A stretch of 64,000 nt of DNA from Squalus acanthias (Eukaryota): contig JASTWF010000339.1 in NCBI GenBank assembly GCA_030390025.1, positions 434,001 to 498,000 of the forward strand, written 5' to 3'. The notes beneath the pieces were generated by a model. It saw only the letters and a list, made by a program, of their open reading frames with translations. It did no database searches and was not told the DNA's origin. Shown piece by piece: positions 23,480-37,029 of this stretch; positions within the stretch are counted from its first letter, which is position 1, and every line of letters starts with the position of its first letter. A program made the translations under genes and the position numbers.

Positions 23480-23720
23480 AGAGAATGAAACAGCACAAAA
23501 GGTGGCCATTCGGCCCATCATGTTTGTGCCAGCTCTTTGGGAGAGCGATCCAATTAGTCCCACTCCCCTGCTCTTTCCCCATATCCCAGTAAATGTTTTC
23601 CCTTCAAATATTTATCCAATTCTCTTTTGAAAGTTACTCTTGAATCTGCTTCCACCGCCCTTTCAGGCAGTGCATTTCAGATCATAATAACTCGCTGGGT
23701 AAAGAAATGTTTCCTCATGA
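23480..23720 (-). mobile_element. CR1 3' end
   Basis: Antisense of the WNALP...ggccgaatggcc CR1 tail region. Confidence 0.75.
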
Positions 23721-24324
23721 TGACCTGTCTGCAGTGAAGCGCCTGTTTGAGTTTCGAACTGAGGCAAACTTCTCTTTCCCAGGAGGAGAGACGAGAGAAA
23801 CTGGGGCACTTCTCACAAGAACAAAGCAGGGTAAGAGATGTGAGCAAGGTGTTTAAACTTGTTCAAGGACACCGACCAAAATATCAGAGACACTCCGTGT
23901 CGCTCAGGACCAGTGTCCAGGGGAGAAGCTGATGGGTTTATCAGATCATCTTTGGGTTAAATGTTGTGCTCGTGGAGCTGAGCCCCTAGTGTCAGCATCA
24001 AACACTCTCCACTCGGGTACAGCACGGGTTAGATACAGAGTAAACCCATCAGCCGCTCCCCGACACAGATACCGAGGGACAGGGAGTGTCCGGGACAATG
24101 ACATTTCTCACTCAACAAGGTATAAATTGATCCTGTACCTCTCCCCATTAATCCTGGGCTCCACACGGGGCGAATCCTGCTCCTGTTTCCCTTCCTGTAA
24201 CAGCACTGAGCTAAACCCAGCCCATAATGAGCAGGGCTCAGGGAGGTTGGTTGCTAGGCACTGCAGTGATGTCATAAAACCGGGCCATTCAGCCCAGCTG
24301 GTCGTCTCCTTGTCCCTTTAAAGG

Positions 24325-24850
24325 TGGAGAGCGGAGACACCCTGTCTCAAAACACACCCCACCTGTTCATACTGAGAATCCCCGGGCAAGGCCCAAGGCC
24401 CAGAGTGTGGACACACCCCGGGGGAAAAGAGGAGAGCGGGGACACCCTGTCTCAAAACACACCCCACCTGTTCATACTGAGAATCCCCGGGCAAGGCCCA
24501 AGGCCCAGAGTGTGGACACACCCCGGGGGAAAAGAGGAGGAGAGCGGGGACACCCTGTCTCAAAACACACCCCACCTGTTCATACTGAGAATCCCCGGGC
24601 AAGGCCCAAGGCCCAGAGTGTGGACACACCAAGGGGGAAAAGAGGAGGAGAGCGGGGACACCCTGTCTCAAAACACAGCCCACCTGTTCATACTGAGAAT
24701 CCCCGGGCAAGGCCCAGGCCCAGAGTGTGGAACACAACCAAGGGGAAAAGAGGAGGAGAGCGGGGACACCCTGTCTCAAAACACACCCCACCTGTTCATA
24801 CTGAGAATCCCCGGGCAAGACCCAGAGTGTGGACACACCCCGGGGAGAGA
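24325..24850. repeat. 105-108 bp tandem repeat, 5 units
   Basis: gacaccctgtctcaaaacac starts at 24336, 24441, 24549, 24657 and 24765. Confidence 0.95.
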
Positions 24851-25089
24851 TGGTGCAGTGTGGGGGGTGAGGGAGGAGTCTGCTCATTCCCGGGGGAAGA
24901 TCAGACAAAATGCTTCGAGTGGTGGGTCCAGCAGTGAAACTGAAACCAGACCAAAGGGAACAAATGAAGATCCAATACAAGGGAACAAGCACCGGGACAA
25001 TGGGGAGAAACCACAACCGGCCCAAATTTATTCAGTGAGCGAGCATCGCCTGCTTATTGTGAGAGAGCTCCACACTTGGACCATCCTTT

Positions 25090-25500
25090 GTGTGGAGAAG
25101 AGTTTCCAGCTTCTCTCCTGAAGGGCCTGGCTCGGATTTTAAGGTTCTGTCCCCTCGTCCCAGACTCCCCACCAGTGGAAAGAGTTTCTCTCTATCGACC
25201 CTCGCAATTGTTCCAAAATCCTCAAAACCTCAATCAAATCAGCCTCAACTTTCTATAATCCATGGAATACAAGCTTCATTTCAGTAAACTCTCAATAGTT
25301 TAACCCTTGGAGCCCTGGTAACATGCTGGGGAATCTGCACTGCACTCCTTCCAAGGCCAATATATTCTTTCTAAGGTGCGGGGCCCAGAACGGTCCACAG
25401 TGCCCCAGATGGTGTCTAACCAGGGCTTTGTACAGCTGGAGCAAAAATTCCTCCCCTCTATATTCTAGACCTCTAGTCATAAGGATTAACATTTCATTAC
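25090..25500 (-). mobile_element. Old CR1 fragment
   Basis: RGLEYRGEEFLLQLYKALVRHHL. Confidence 0.75.
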
Positions 25501-25526
25501 CCTTTCAGTTTATATTTATTTTAAAG

Positions 25527-28500
25527 ACTCCCAGGGCAGGTACAGCACGAGTTAGACACAGAGTAAAGCTCCCTCTACACTGTCCCATCAAACACTTCCA
25601 GGGCAGGTACAGCACGGTTTAGATACAGAGTAAAGCTCACTCTACACTGTCCCATCAAACACCCCCAGGGGAGGCACAGCACAGCTTAGATACAGAGTAA
25701 AGCTCCCTCTACACTGTCCCATCAAACACTCCCAGGGCAGGTACAGCACAGGTTAGATACAGAGTAAAGCTCCCTTTACACTATCACATCAAACACTCCC
25801 AGGGCAGGTACAGCACGGGTTAGATACAGAGTAAAACGCCATCGACACTATCCCATAAAACACTCCCAGGGCACGCACAGCACAGGTTACATACAGAATA
25901 AAGCTCCCTCTACACTGTCCCAGCAAACACTCCCAGGGCAGGCACAGCACAGGTTAGATACAGAGTAAAACTCCCTCCACATTATCCCATCTAACATTCC
26001 TAGGGCAGGTACAGCACGGGTTCGATACAGAGTAAAGCTCCCTCTGCATTGTCCCACCAAACACTCTCAGGGCAGGTACAGCACGGGTTAGGTACAGAGT
26101 AAATCTCCCTCTACACTGTCCCATCAAACATTCCTCGGGCCGGTACAGCACGGGTTCGATGCAGAGTAAAGCTCCCTCTGCATTGTCCCACCAAACACTC
26201 CCAGGGTAGGGACAGCACGGGTTAGATACAGAGTAAAGCTCGCTCTATACTGTCCCATCAAACACTCCCAGGGCAGGTACAGCACGGGTTAGATACAGAG
26301 TAAAGTTCCCTCAACACTGTCCCATCAAACACTCCCAGGGCAGGTACAGCACGGGTTAGATACAGAGTAAAGCTCCCTCTATACTGTCCCAGCAAACACT
26401 CCCAGGGCAGGTACAGCACGGGTTAGATACAGAGTAAAGCACCCTCTACACAGTCCCATCAAACACTCCCAGGGCAGGCACAGTACGGGGTAGATACAGA
26501 GTAAAGCTCCATCGACACTATCCCATAAAACACTCCCAGGGCAGGTACAGCACGGGTTAGATACAGAGTAAAGCTCCCTCTACATTATCCCATCGAACAT
26601 ACCTAGGGCAGGTGCAGCACGGGTTCGATGCAGATTAAAGCTCCCTCTGCATTGTCCCACCAAACACTCCTAGGGTAGGGACAGCATGGGTTAGATACAG
26701 AGTAAAGCTCGCTCTTTACTGTCCCATCAAACACTACGAGGGCAGGTACAGCACGGGTTAGGTACAGAGTAAAGCTCCCTCTACACTGTGCCATGAAACA
26801 CTGCCAGGGTAGGTACAGTACGGGGTTAGATTTAGAGTAAAGCTCCCTCTACGCTGTCCCATCAAACACTCCCAAGGCAGATACAGCACGGGTTAGATAC
26901 AGAGTAAAGCTCCCTCTACACCGTCCCATCAAACACTCCCAGGCCAGGTACAGCACAGGTTACAGACAGAGTAAAGCTCCCTTTACAATATCCCATCAAA
27001 CACTCCCAGGGCAGGTACAGCACAGGTTAGATACAGAGTAAAGCTCCCTCTGCATTGTCCCACCAAACACTCCCAGGGTAGGGACAGCACGGGTTAGATA
27101 CAGAGTAAAGCTCACTCTATACTGTCCCATCAAACACTCTCAGGGCAGGTACAGAGTAAAGATCCCTCTACACTGTGCCATCAAACACTGCCAGGGCAGG
27201 TACAGCACGTGTTAGATACAGAGTAAGGCTCCCTCGATACTGTCCATTCAAACACTCCCAGGGCAGGTACTGCACAGGTGAGATACAGAGTAAAGCTCCC
27301 TCTACACTGTCCCATCAAACACTTCCAGGGAAGGTACAGCATGGGTGAAATACAGAGTAAAGCTCCCTCTGCACTGTCCCATCAAACACTCCCAGGGAAG
27401 GAACAGTACGGGGTTTGATACAGAGTAAAGCTCCCTCTACACTGTCCCAGCAAACACTCCCAGGGCAGGTACAGCACGGGTTAGATACAGAGTAAAGCTC
27501 GCTCTATACTGTCCCATCAAACACTCCCAGGGCAGGTACAGCAATGGTTAGGTACAGAGTAAAGCTCCCTCTGCACTGTCCCATCGAACACTCCCAGGGA
27601 AGGAACAGTACGGGGTTAGATACAGAGTATCGCTCCCTCTACACTATCCCATCAAACTCTCCCAGGGCAGGAACAGCACGGGTTCGATACAGAGTAAAGC
27701 TCCCTCTATACTGTCCCATCAAACACTCCCAGGACAGCACAGCACGGGTTAGATACAGAGTAAAGCTCCATCGACACAATCCCATAAAACACTCCCAGGG
27801 CAGGTACAGCATGGGTTAGATACAGAGTAAAGCTCCCTCTACATTATCCCATCTAACATTCCTCGGGCAGGTACAGCACGGGTTCGATGCAGAGTAAAGC
27901 TCCCTCTGCATTGTCCCACCAAACACTCCCAGGGTAGGGACAGCACGGGTTAGATACAGAGTAAAGCTCGCTCTATACTGTCCCATCAAACACTACGAGG
28001 GCAGGTACAGCACGGGTTAGGTTCAGAGTAAAGCTCCCTCTACACTGTGCCATCAAACACTGCCAGGGTAGGTACAGTACGGGGTTAGATTTAGAGTAAA
28101 GCTCCCTCTACGCTGTACCATCAAACACTCCCAGGGCAGGTACAGCACGGGTGAGATACAGAGTAAAACTCCCTCTACATTGTCCCAACAAACACTCCCA
28201 GGGTAGGGACAGCACGGGTTAGATACAGAGTAAAGCGCCCTCTGCACTGTCCCATCAAACACTCCCAGGGCAGTTACAGCACGGGTTAGATACAGCGTAA
28301 AGCTCCCTCTACACTGTCCCATCAAACACTCCCAGGGCAGGTACAGCAGGGGTTAGTTACAGAGTAAAGCTCCCTCCACGCTGTCCCATCAAACACTCCC
28401 AGGGCTGGTACAGCATGGATTAGATACAGATTAAAGCTCCCACTACACTGTCCCATCAAACACTCACAGGGCAGGTACAGCACGGGTTAGATACAGAGTA

Positions 28501-29602
28501 AAGCTCCCTGTACACTGTCCCATCAAACACTCCCAGGGCAGGTACATCACGGGTTAGATACAGAGTAAAGCGCCCTCTACACTGTCCCATCAAACACTTC
28601 CAGGGCAGGAACAGCACGGATTAGATACAGAGTAAAGCTCCCACTACACTGTCCCATCAAACACTCACAGGGCAGGTACAGCACGGGTTAGATACAGAGT
28701 AAAGCTCCGTCTACACTGTCCCATCAAACACTCCCAGGGCAGGTACAGCAGGGGTTAGTTACAGAGTAAAGCTCCCTGTACACTGTCCGATCAAACACTC
28801 CCAGGCCAGGTCCAGCACGAGTTGGATACAGAGTAAAACTCCATCGACACTATCCCATCAAACACTCCCAGGGCAGGTACAGCATGGGTTAGATACAGAG
28901 TAAAGCTCCCTCTACATTATCCCATCTAACATTCCTCGGGCAGGTACAGCACGGGTTCGATGCAGAGTAAAGCTCCCTCTGCATTGTCCCACCAAACACT
29001 CCCAGGGTAGGGACAGCACGGGTTAGATACAGAGTAAAGCTCGCTCTATACTGTCCCATCAAACACTACGAGTGCAGGTACAGCACGGGTTAGGTTCAGA
29101 GTAAAGCTCCCTCTACACTGTCCCATCAAACACTCCCAGGGCAGGTCCAGCACGAGTTAGATACAGAGTAAAACTCCATCAACCACTCCCAGGGCAGGTA
29201 CAGCACGGGTTAGATACAGAGAAAAGCTCCCTCTGTACTGTCATGTCAAACATTCCCAGGGCATGTACAGCACGCGTTAGATACAGAGTAAAGCTCCCTC
29301 TACACTGTCCCACCAAACATTCCCAGGGCAGATGCAGTGCAGGTTAGATACAGCGTAAAGCTCCCTGTAAACTGTCCCCTCAAACAGTCCCAGGGCAGGT
29401 GCAGCACGGGTTACATAGAATAAAGCTCCCTCTACCATGTCCCATCAAACGCTCCCAGGACAGGTACAGCATGGGTTAGATACAGAGTAAAGCTCCCTCT
29501 ACACTGTCCCATCAAACACTCCCAGGGCCGGTACAGCACTGGTTAGATACAGAGTAAAGCTCCCTCTACACTGTCCCATCAAACACTCCCAAGGCAGGTA
29601 CA
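25527..29602. repeat. 67-bp satellite, ~61 units
   Basis: actcccagggcaggtacagcacgggttagatacagagtaaagctccctctacactgtcccatcaaac; period 67 (25531 to 25598). Confidence 0.97.
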
Positions 29603-29988
29603 CGGACATGTTACCGATACCTTCGCTTGATACCAAGGCTAGGAGAGGCACTCTGGAAGGTTTGGGGAGGTGGGGCTTGAGCACGAGAGTAACTAAAGGT
29701 GTAAGAACTGAAATAATCTTGAGTTAGAAAAGAGAAAAGGCCCAAAAGTGGAGCAGTCATTAACAGGACATCAATTAGTCTCCTCTTATCTTGGAGAAAT
29801 CAAGGATTCGACCCACAGTGTGTTAGAAACAAAGTTAATCTATTTAACAGATATCAAAATATTAAACTCCAGCCCAGTTAGAGGGGTTATTAACATCAGC
29901 AGAAACAAACTCCAACTGTCAGAATGAACATGGTTCAGTCCTGGATGAGATTAACAGCAGCAAAAACAGCAGAATCTGAGCCCTGCTG

Positions 29989-30780
29989 TCACTTGTGAAC
30001 TCGCTGATGTCTCAGCAGGGTGGATGACTGAACGAATCACTTCCCACACTCAGGGCAGGTGAACGGCCTCTCCCCAGTGTGAACTCGCTGGTGTGTCAGA
30101 AGATCCCTTGTGCTTTTAAAGCTCTTCTCACACTCAGAACATTTAAAAAGTCTCTTATCAATGTGAACGCGTTGGCGTGAAGTGAGGCTGGAGGAGTTAG
30201 TGAATCCCTTCCCACACACAGAGCAGGTGAACGGCCTCTCCCCAGTGTGAAGTCGCTCGTGTGTCAGCAGGTGGGATGACCGAGCGAATGTGTTCCCACA
30301 CACAGAGCAGGTGAACAGTCTCTACCCAGTGTGACTGCGTTGATGAGCTTCCAGCTGGGATGGGTAATTGAATCCCTGCCCACAGTCCCCACATTTCCAC
30401 TGTTTCTCTGTGGTGCGGGTGTCCCTGTGTCTCTTCGGGTTGGATGATCAGTTGAAGACTCGTCACACACAGAACACGTGTACGGTTTCTCCCCGCTGTG
30501 AATGGTGCGATGTTTTTTCAGACTGTGTAACTGGTTAAAGCTCTTTCCACAGTCAGTGCACTGGAACACTCTCACTCGAATGTGTGTGTCTCGGTGCTTT
30601 TCCAGTCACACTGATGTTTGAAATCTTTTCCCACAGACAGCACAGACAAACATTTCTCCTTCCACATTCAAAAGCCGATGATATTCAGGTCCTGATGAAT
30701 GGAATGACTCTCTCTGATCTTAAAATGATGTTTGGTTTGAGTTTCTGGTCTGTAAATCCTCCCCTTCTCACAGCCTGTAA
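29989..30780 (-). pseudogene. C2H2 ZNF pseudogene (~7 fingers), paralog of 12426-13150
   Basis: ORFs 30264..30575 and 30037..30303; TGA at 30448-30450 and 30037; frameshift near 30462; acceptor near 30776. Confidence 0.88.
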
Positions 30781-30967
30781 AAGGAGTTTACAAAAGACAT
30801 CACTGAGTAGAGGATAGAAATTCAAAACAGACAATTCTAGTTTCTATGGAACATTCTTTCCTCTCTTGTTCCCCCAAAGCTGTAAATCTCCGTCCCACAC
30901 ACTCTCCCTCCTTCCTGTGCTAAAATCCAAACCCATCGCACCATCTCCAACACATTTTCCTTCTCGC

Positions 30968-31131
30968 TGAAGGTGCTGACTCTGGCTGGGTTCAGTTCTG
31001 CACTCACTGGTTCCCCTCCCTCTCCTCCCCTGAAGGTGCTGACTCTGGCTGGGTTCAGTTCTACACTCACTGGTTCCCCAACCTCTCCTCCCCTGAAGGT
31101 GCTGACTCTGGCTGGGTTCAGTTCACTCACT
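30968..31131 (-). repeat. 60-bp splice-donor-containing minisatellite, 3 units
   Basis: Each unit reads ccaGTGAGT on the minus strand. Confidence 0.85.
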
Positions 31132-31600
31132 GGGACCCTGAAACATCGCCCACTGACGATTCCTTTACAAAGATGGCCACGAATGCGCTCTACTACTCGA
31201 TGAAGTAAGATGGTGACTCACAAACTCGCAGCTTTCCTTTACAAAGATGGCGATTGTTAACCCGGGCCTGGTCCCGGGAAAAAGCCTCGGAGCTGCAAAC
31301 GCGGAATCTGTAAGTTCTCATTCGGGTCTTGCGGCCAAATCAGGTGTTTATGAAGCCCACCCGCCGGGTGCGTTACCTCCCTGCGCCCCGCTGAATCGTA
31401 ATCGGCGCAAAAACTGCGTCTGCAACTTTTCTCCGTCTCCCGCCTTTGTCCGCTTCCAGGACTCGCCCGGCTCAGGGTGACACTGCGCATGCTCTGAATA
31501 CTGGCGGGCACTGCGCCTGCGCACTGGGCTCCTCCAGTCTGAATGGGGCACATTCTCCCCGCGGGGCATGCTGGGGAACATTGAAAGCCCCAATTTGTGA
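31130..31600 (-). promoter_or_regulatory. ZNF promoter/first exon, family 1
   Basis: Homologous to 360-780, with paired aaagatggc, tgcgcatgc, tgcgcctgcgca and gcatgctgggga. Confidence 0.7.
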
Positions 31601-31731
31601 ATGGAGAATGAGTTTCTGTGATCGCATTGAGAGAAAATTCATCAATAATTCACACAGAAACCCAAGTGCACGGGCAGTCTGCCATGGTTCAGTCCTGGAT
31701 GTGATTAATAACAAAATCCAAACCCCTGCAG

Positions 31732-32107
31732 TCACATGCGAACTTACTGGAGTCTCAGCAGGTGGGGTGAATTTCTTCCCACACACAGGATATTGAAACA
31801 GCCTCTCTCCAGTATCAATGCGCTGATCGTGCATCAGCTGCTTTGAACTTTGAAAGCTTTTCTCACAGTCAGAGTATTTACAGCAACTGTTCTCAATGTG
31901 GACACTTGGGAGTGTCAACAGGTGGGACAACGGAGTGAATCCCTTCCCACACGTGAAATATCTAAACGGTCTCTCTCCGGTGTGACTGTGCTGGTGTGTC
32001 AGTAAATGGGATGGTCGATTGAATCACTTTCCACATACAGAGCAGTGAATGGATTCTCCCCCTTATGAACATGTTTATGTGGGAATGGATGAGATAAGCG
32101 AGTGACT
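31732..32107 (-). pseudogene. ZNF-B degenerate exon truncated by CR1
   Basis: Closely similar to 909-1285. Confidence 0.8.
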
Positions 32108-34808
32108 AAAGATGCTGAAGAGAAAAGACAAGCAGTGCAGGAAAGTGATTGGGGTAAGGATAAGCAGATTGTGTCAGGAAGAGATAGAGCGTACAAACAA
32201 AGGAGTGCACTAAAAAATAGGGTCCGGGTAAGAAAAAATGCAAATAAGACAAATAGGGCCATAGTACAAAAATTTTTAAAGATATCTAAAAATGTTAAAA
32301 AGACAAATCTAAAGGCACTGTATCTGGATGCACGAAGCATTCGTAATAAGGTAGACGAAATAACAGTACAAATAGATGTAAACGGATACAATATAATTGC
32401 AATTACGGAGACATGGCTGCAGGGTTACCAAGGCTGGGAGCAAAATATCCAAGGATATTCGATATTTAGGAAGGACAGGCGAAAAGGAAAAGGAGGTGGA
32501 GTGGCCTTGTTAGTAAAGGATGAAATCAGAGAAACAGTGAGAAAGGATATCGGCTCAGAAATCAAGATGTAGAATCAGTCTGGGTGGAGCTAAGAAGCAC
32601 CAAGGGGCAGAAAACATTGGTGTGAGTTGTCTATAGGTCTCCAAACAGTAGTGGTAATGTAGGGGATGGCATCAAACAGGAAATTAGAGATGCATGTAAC
32701 AAGGGTACTACAGTAATCATGGGTGACTTTAATCTACATATAGACTGGCCAAACCAAATTAGCAATAATACTGTGGAGGATGAGTTCCTGGAGTGTGTAC
32801 GAGATGTTTTTTAGACCAGTACGTTGAGGAGCCAACTAGGGAACAGGCTATCCTAGATTGGGTATTGTGTAATGAGAAGGGGTTAATTAATAATCTTGTG
32901 TGGGGTCCTTTAGGGAAGAGTGACCATAACATGAAGAATTCTTCATTAAGATGGAAAGTGAAGAAGTCCAATCCGAAACTAGGGTCCTAAATCTAAACAA
33001 AGGAAACTACGAAGGTATGAGCAGTGAGTTGACTATGATAGATTGGGGAGCTTCATTAAAAGGCATGACAGTGGATAGGCAATGGCTAACATTTAAGGAA
33101 CGAATGCATGAATTGCAACAGTTATACATTCCTTTCTGGCGCAAAATCACAAAAGGAAAAGTGGCCCAACCATGGCTAACAAAAGAAATTATGGATAATA
33201 TTAGATCCAAAGAGGAGTCATATAAAGTTGCCAGAAAAAGTAGCAAGCATGAGGATTGGGAGCAGTTTAGAGGTCAGCAAAAAAGGACCAAGAGATTGAT
33301 TAAGAGGGGAAAAATAGAGTATGAGAGTAAACTTGCAAGGAACATAAAAGCGGACTGTAAAAGCTTCTACAAGTATGTAAAAAGAAAAAGATTAGTGAAG
33401 ACAAATGTAGGTCCTTTACAGTCAGAAACAGGAGAATTTATAATGGGGAACAAGGAAATGGCAGAGCAATTAAACAAATACTTTGGTTCTGTCTTTATGG
33501 AAGAGGACACAAATAACTTCCCAGAAATGCTATGGAACCAAGTGTCTAGTGAGAAGGAGGAATTAAAGGAAATTAGTATTATAAAAAAAATAGTGCTGGA
33601 GAAATTAATGGGACTGAAAGCTGATAAATCCCCAGGGCCTGATAATCTGCATCCCAGAGTACTAAAAGAGGTAGCCAGGGAATTAGTGGATGCATTGGTT
33701 GTCATCTTCCAAAATTCTATAGATTTTGGAACAGTTCCTGCAGATTGGAGGGTGGCAAATGTAACCCCACTATTTAAAAAAGGAGGGAGAGAGAAAACAG
33801 GGAACTACAGACCGGTTAGCCGAACATCAGTAGCAGGAAAAATGCTAGAGTCTATAAAGGATGTGATAACAGGACACTTAGAAAATATCAACGGGATTAG
33901 ACAAATTCAACATGGATTTATGAAAGGGAAATCGTGTTTGACAAACCTACTGCAGTTTTTTGAGAATGTAAATGGTAGAATAGATAAGGGAGAACCAGTG
34001 GATGTGGTGTATTTGGATTTTCAGAAGGCCTTTGATAAAGTCCCACATAAGAGGTTAGTGTGCAAAATTAAAGCACATGGGATTGGGGGGTAATATACTT
34101 GCATGGATTGAAAATTGGTTAACAGACAGGAAACAGAGAGTAGGAAAAAACGGGTCTTTTTTGGGGTGGCAGGCGGTGACTAGTGGGGTACTGCAAGGAT
34201 CAGTGCTTGGGCCCCAGCTATTCACAATATATATCAATGATTTGGATGAGGGAACCAAATGTAATATTTCCAAGTTTGCTGACGACATGAAACTAGGTGG
34301 GATTGTGAGTTGTGAGGAGGATGCAAAGAGGCTTCAAGGCGATTTAGACAAACTGACTGAGTGGGCAAATACATGGCAGGGTCAACTAGGCCTGTATTCA
34401 CTAGAGTTTCGAAGAATGAGAGGGGATCTTGTTGAAACGTATGACAGGGCTAGACAGACTGGATGCAGGGAGGATGTTTCCCCTGGCTGGGGGGTCTAGA
34501 ACGCGGGGTCACAGTCTCAGGATACGGGGTAGGACATTGAGGACTGAGATGAGGAGAAATTTCTTCACTCAGAGGGTGGTGAACCTGTGGAATTCTCTAC
34601 CACAGAAGGCTGTGGAGGCCAAGTCACTGAATATATTTAAGAAGGAGATAGATAGATTTCTAGACACAAAAGGCATCAAGGGGTATGGGGAGAGAGCGGG
34701 AATATGGTATTGAGTTAGAGGATCAGCCATGATCATATTGAATGGTGGAGCAGGCTCGAAGGGCCGAATGGCCGACTCCTGCTCCTATTTTTTGAGGTTT
34801 CTATGTTT
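32108..34808 (+). mobile_element. CR1 LINE from the start of ORF2, internally deleted and decayed
   Basis: LKALYLDARSIRNK...AITETWL; ORF 32951..34093; FADD; CR1 tail. Confidence 0.93.
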
Positions 34809-34819
34809 CTATGTATTCT

Positions 34820-36406
34820 GAAGACTGGCTGTACTTAAAGTAGATAAATCACCAGGAGTGGATGGGATGCATCCTAGGATGCTGAGGGAATTGAGGGAGG
34901 AAATCGCGGAGGTACCGACCATAATATTCCAATCCTCCATCGATACGGGGGTGGTGCCAGAGGACTGGAGAATTGCAAATGTTACACCATTGTTCAAAAA
35001 GGGTGTAAGAAAAAACCCAGCAACTACTGGCCAGTCAGTTTAACCTCGGTCGTGGGGAAGCTTTTAGAAACAGTAATCAGGGACAAAATTAATAGTCACT
35101 TGGATAGGTGTGGATTAATTAAGGAAAGCCAGCACAGATTTGTTAAAGGCAAATCGTGTTCAACCAACTTGATCAAGTTTTATCATGAGGTAACAGAGAG
35201 GGTTGATGAGGGTAATGCGGTTGATGTAGTGTACATGGATTTCCAAAAGGCGTTTGATAAATTGCCACATAATAGGCTTGCCAGCAAAGTTGAAGCCCAT
35301 GGAATAAAAGGAACAGTGGCAGCATAGATACGAAATTGGCTAAGTGACAGGAAACAGAGAGTAGTGGTGAACAGTTGTTTTTCGGACTGGAGGAAGGTAT
35401 ACAGTGGTGTTCCCCAGGGGTCAGTTCTAGGACCACTGCTTTTCTTGATATATATTAATGACTTGGACGTGGGTGTACAGAGCATAATTTCAAAATTTGC
35501 AGATGACACAAAACTTGGAAGTATAGTGAACAGTGAGGAGGAGAGTGATAGACGTCAGGAAGACATAGACAGGCTGGTGAAATGGGCGGACACGTGGCAG
35601 ATGAAATTTAACGCAGAAAAGTGTGAAGTGATACATTTTGGTGGAAAGAATGAGGAGAGGACATGTAAACTAAATGGTACAATCCTAAAGTGGGTGCACA
35701 AACAGAGAGACCTAGGGGTATGTGTGCACAAATCCTTGAAGGTGGCAGGGCAGGTTGAGAAAGCAGTTAAAAAGGCTTACGGAACCCTGGACTTAATAAA
35801 TAGAGGTATAGAGTACAAAAGTGTGGAAATGATGATGAAACACTGGTTCGGCCCCAACTGGAGTACTGTGTCCAATTCTGGGCACCACACTTCAAGAAGG
35901 ATGTGAAGGCCTCAGATAAGGTGCAGAAAAGATTTACGAGAATGATTCCAGGAATGAGGGACTTCAGTTACGTGGATAGACTGGAGAAGCTGGGGTTGTT
36001 CTCCTTGGAGCAGAGAAGGTTGAGAGGAGATTTGACAGAGGTGTTCAAAATCAGGAGGGGTCCAGACAGAGTAGATAAAGAGAAACTGTTCCCATTGGCG
36101 GAAGGGTCGAGAACCAGAGGACACAGATTTAAGGTAATTGGCAGCAGAACCAAAGGTGACATGGGGAAAAACTTTTTACGCAGTGAGTGGTTAGGATCGG
36201 GAAGGCACTGCCTGAAAGGGTGGTGGAGGCAGATTCAATCGTGGCTTTCAAAAGGGAATTGGATGAGTACCTGAAGGACAAAAATTTGCAGGGCTACGAG
36301 GGAAGGGTGGGGGAGTGGGACTCGCTGAAGTGTTCTTGCAGAGAGCCAGCACGGGCTCAATGGGCCGAATGGTCACCTTCTGTGCTGTAACCATTCTATG
36401 ATTCTA
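34820..36406 (+). mobile_element. CR1 LINE RT/3' region
   Basis: ORFs 35052..35327, 35364..35906 and 35903..36274; tail ccattctatgattcta. Confidence 0.92.
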
Positions 36407-37029
36407 CAATCACGTTAAACCTTCATAGAATAATTACCAGTCATTTTTAGACTGGAAACTTAACCCTGCCGTTTCACTTTCAGTCAGGAACAGATCGCAG
36501 TTTGACATCAATCTCTGATTTGACAGCACGTTTCCAGCATTCACCGTTGTTCTTCCTGACTCTAAACACAGTTGTAAAGAAGCCTTCTGTTCCGTGCCCA
36601 GGAGCTCTGACCCATGGAAGAGAGCGGCTGGGACACATTCCTTACAGGCATCAAGATTAACCTGCACGGGGACATTGCTGTCAGTGAAGAGACGAGAAAG
36701 ACCAAAGTGCCATTTGCCCCTCTCAGTGTGGCCCTGAAAGACTGTGTCCAGGCTGTAGTTCAGTTCCCGCCGTACGATCCTCCCCCCAGATTGTCCTTTC
36801 TGAGCTCCAGCCAGGTGATGCTAAACACTCAGGTGGAAATGAGAAAATTCCACAACAATGTGTTTAAAGCAAAGCTGATTTATTTGACATATATCCAGAA
36901 TATTAAACTCCAGCCCAGTTACAGGGGTTATTAACATCAGCAGAAATAAACCCCAACTGTTAGTGTGAACACGATTCAGTCCGGGATGTGATTAACAGCA
37001 GCAAAAACATCCGAATCCAACCTCTGCCG

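Noticed and set aside
25527..29602. CRISPR-like array or tRNA/SINE array
   Set aside because: Contiguous monomers with no unique spacers in a eukaryotic context; the ggttcgat variants are not accompanied by an A box or cloverleaf
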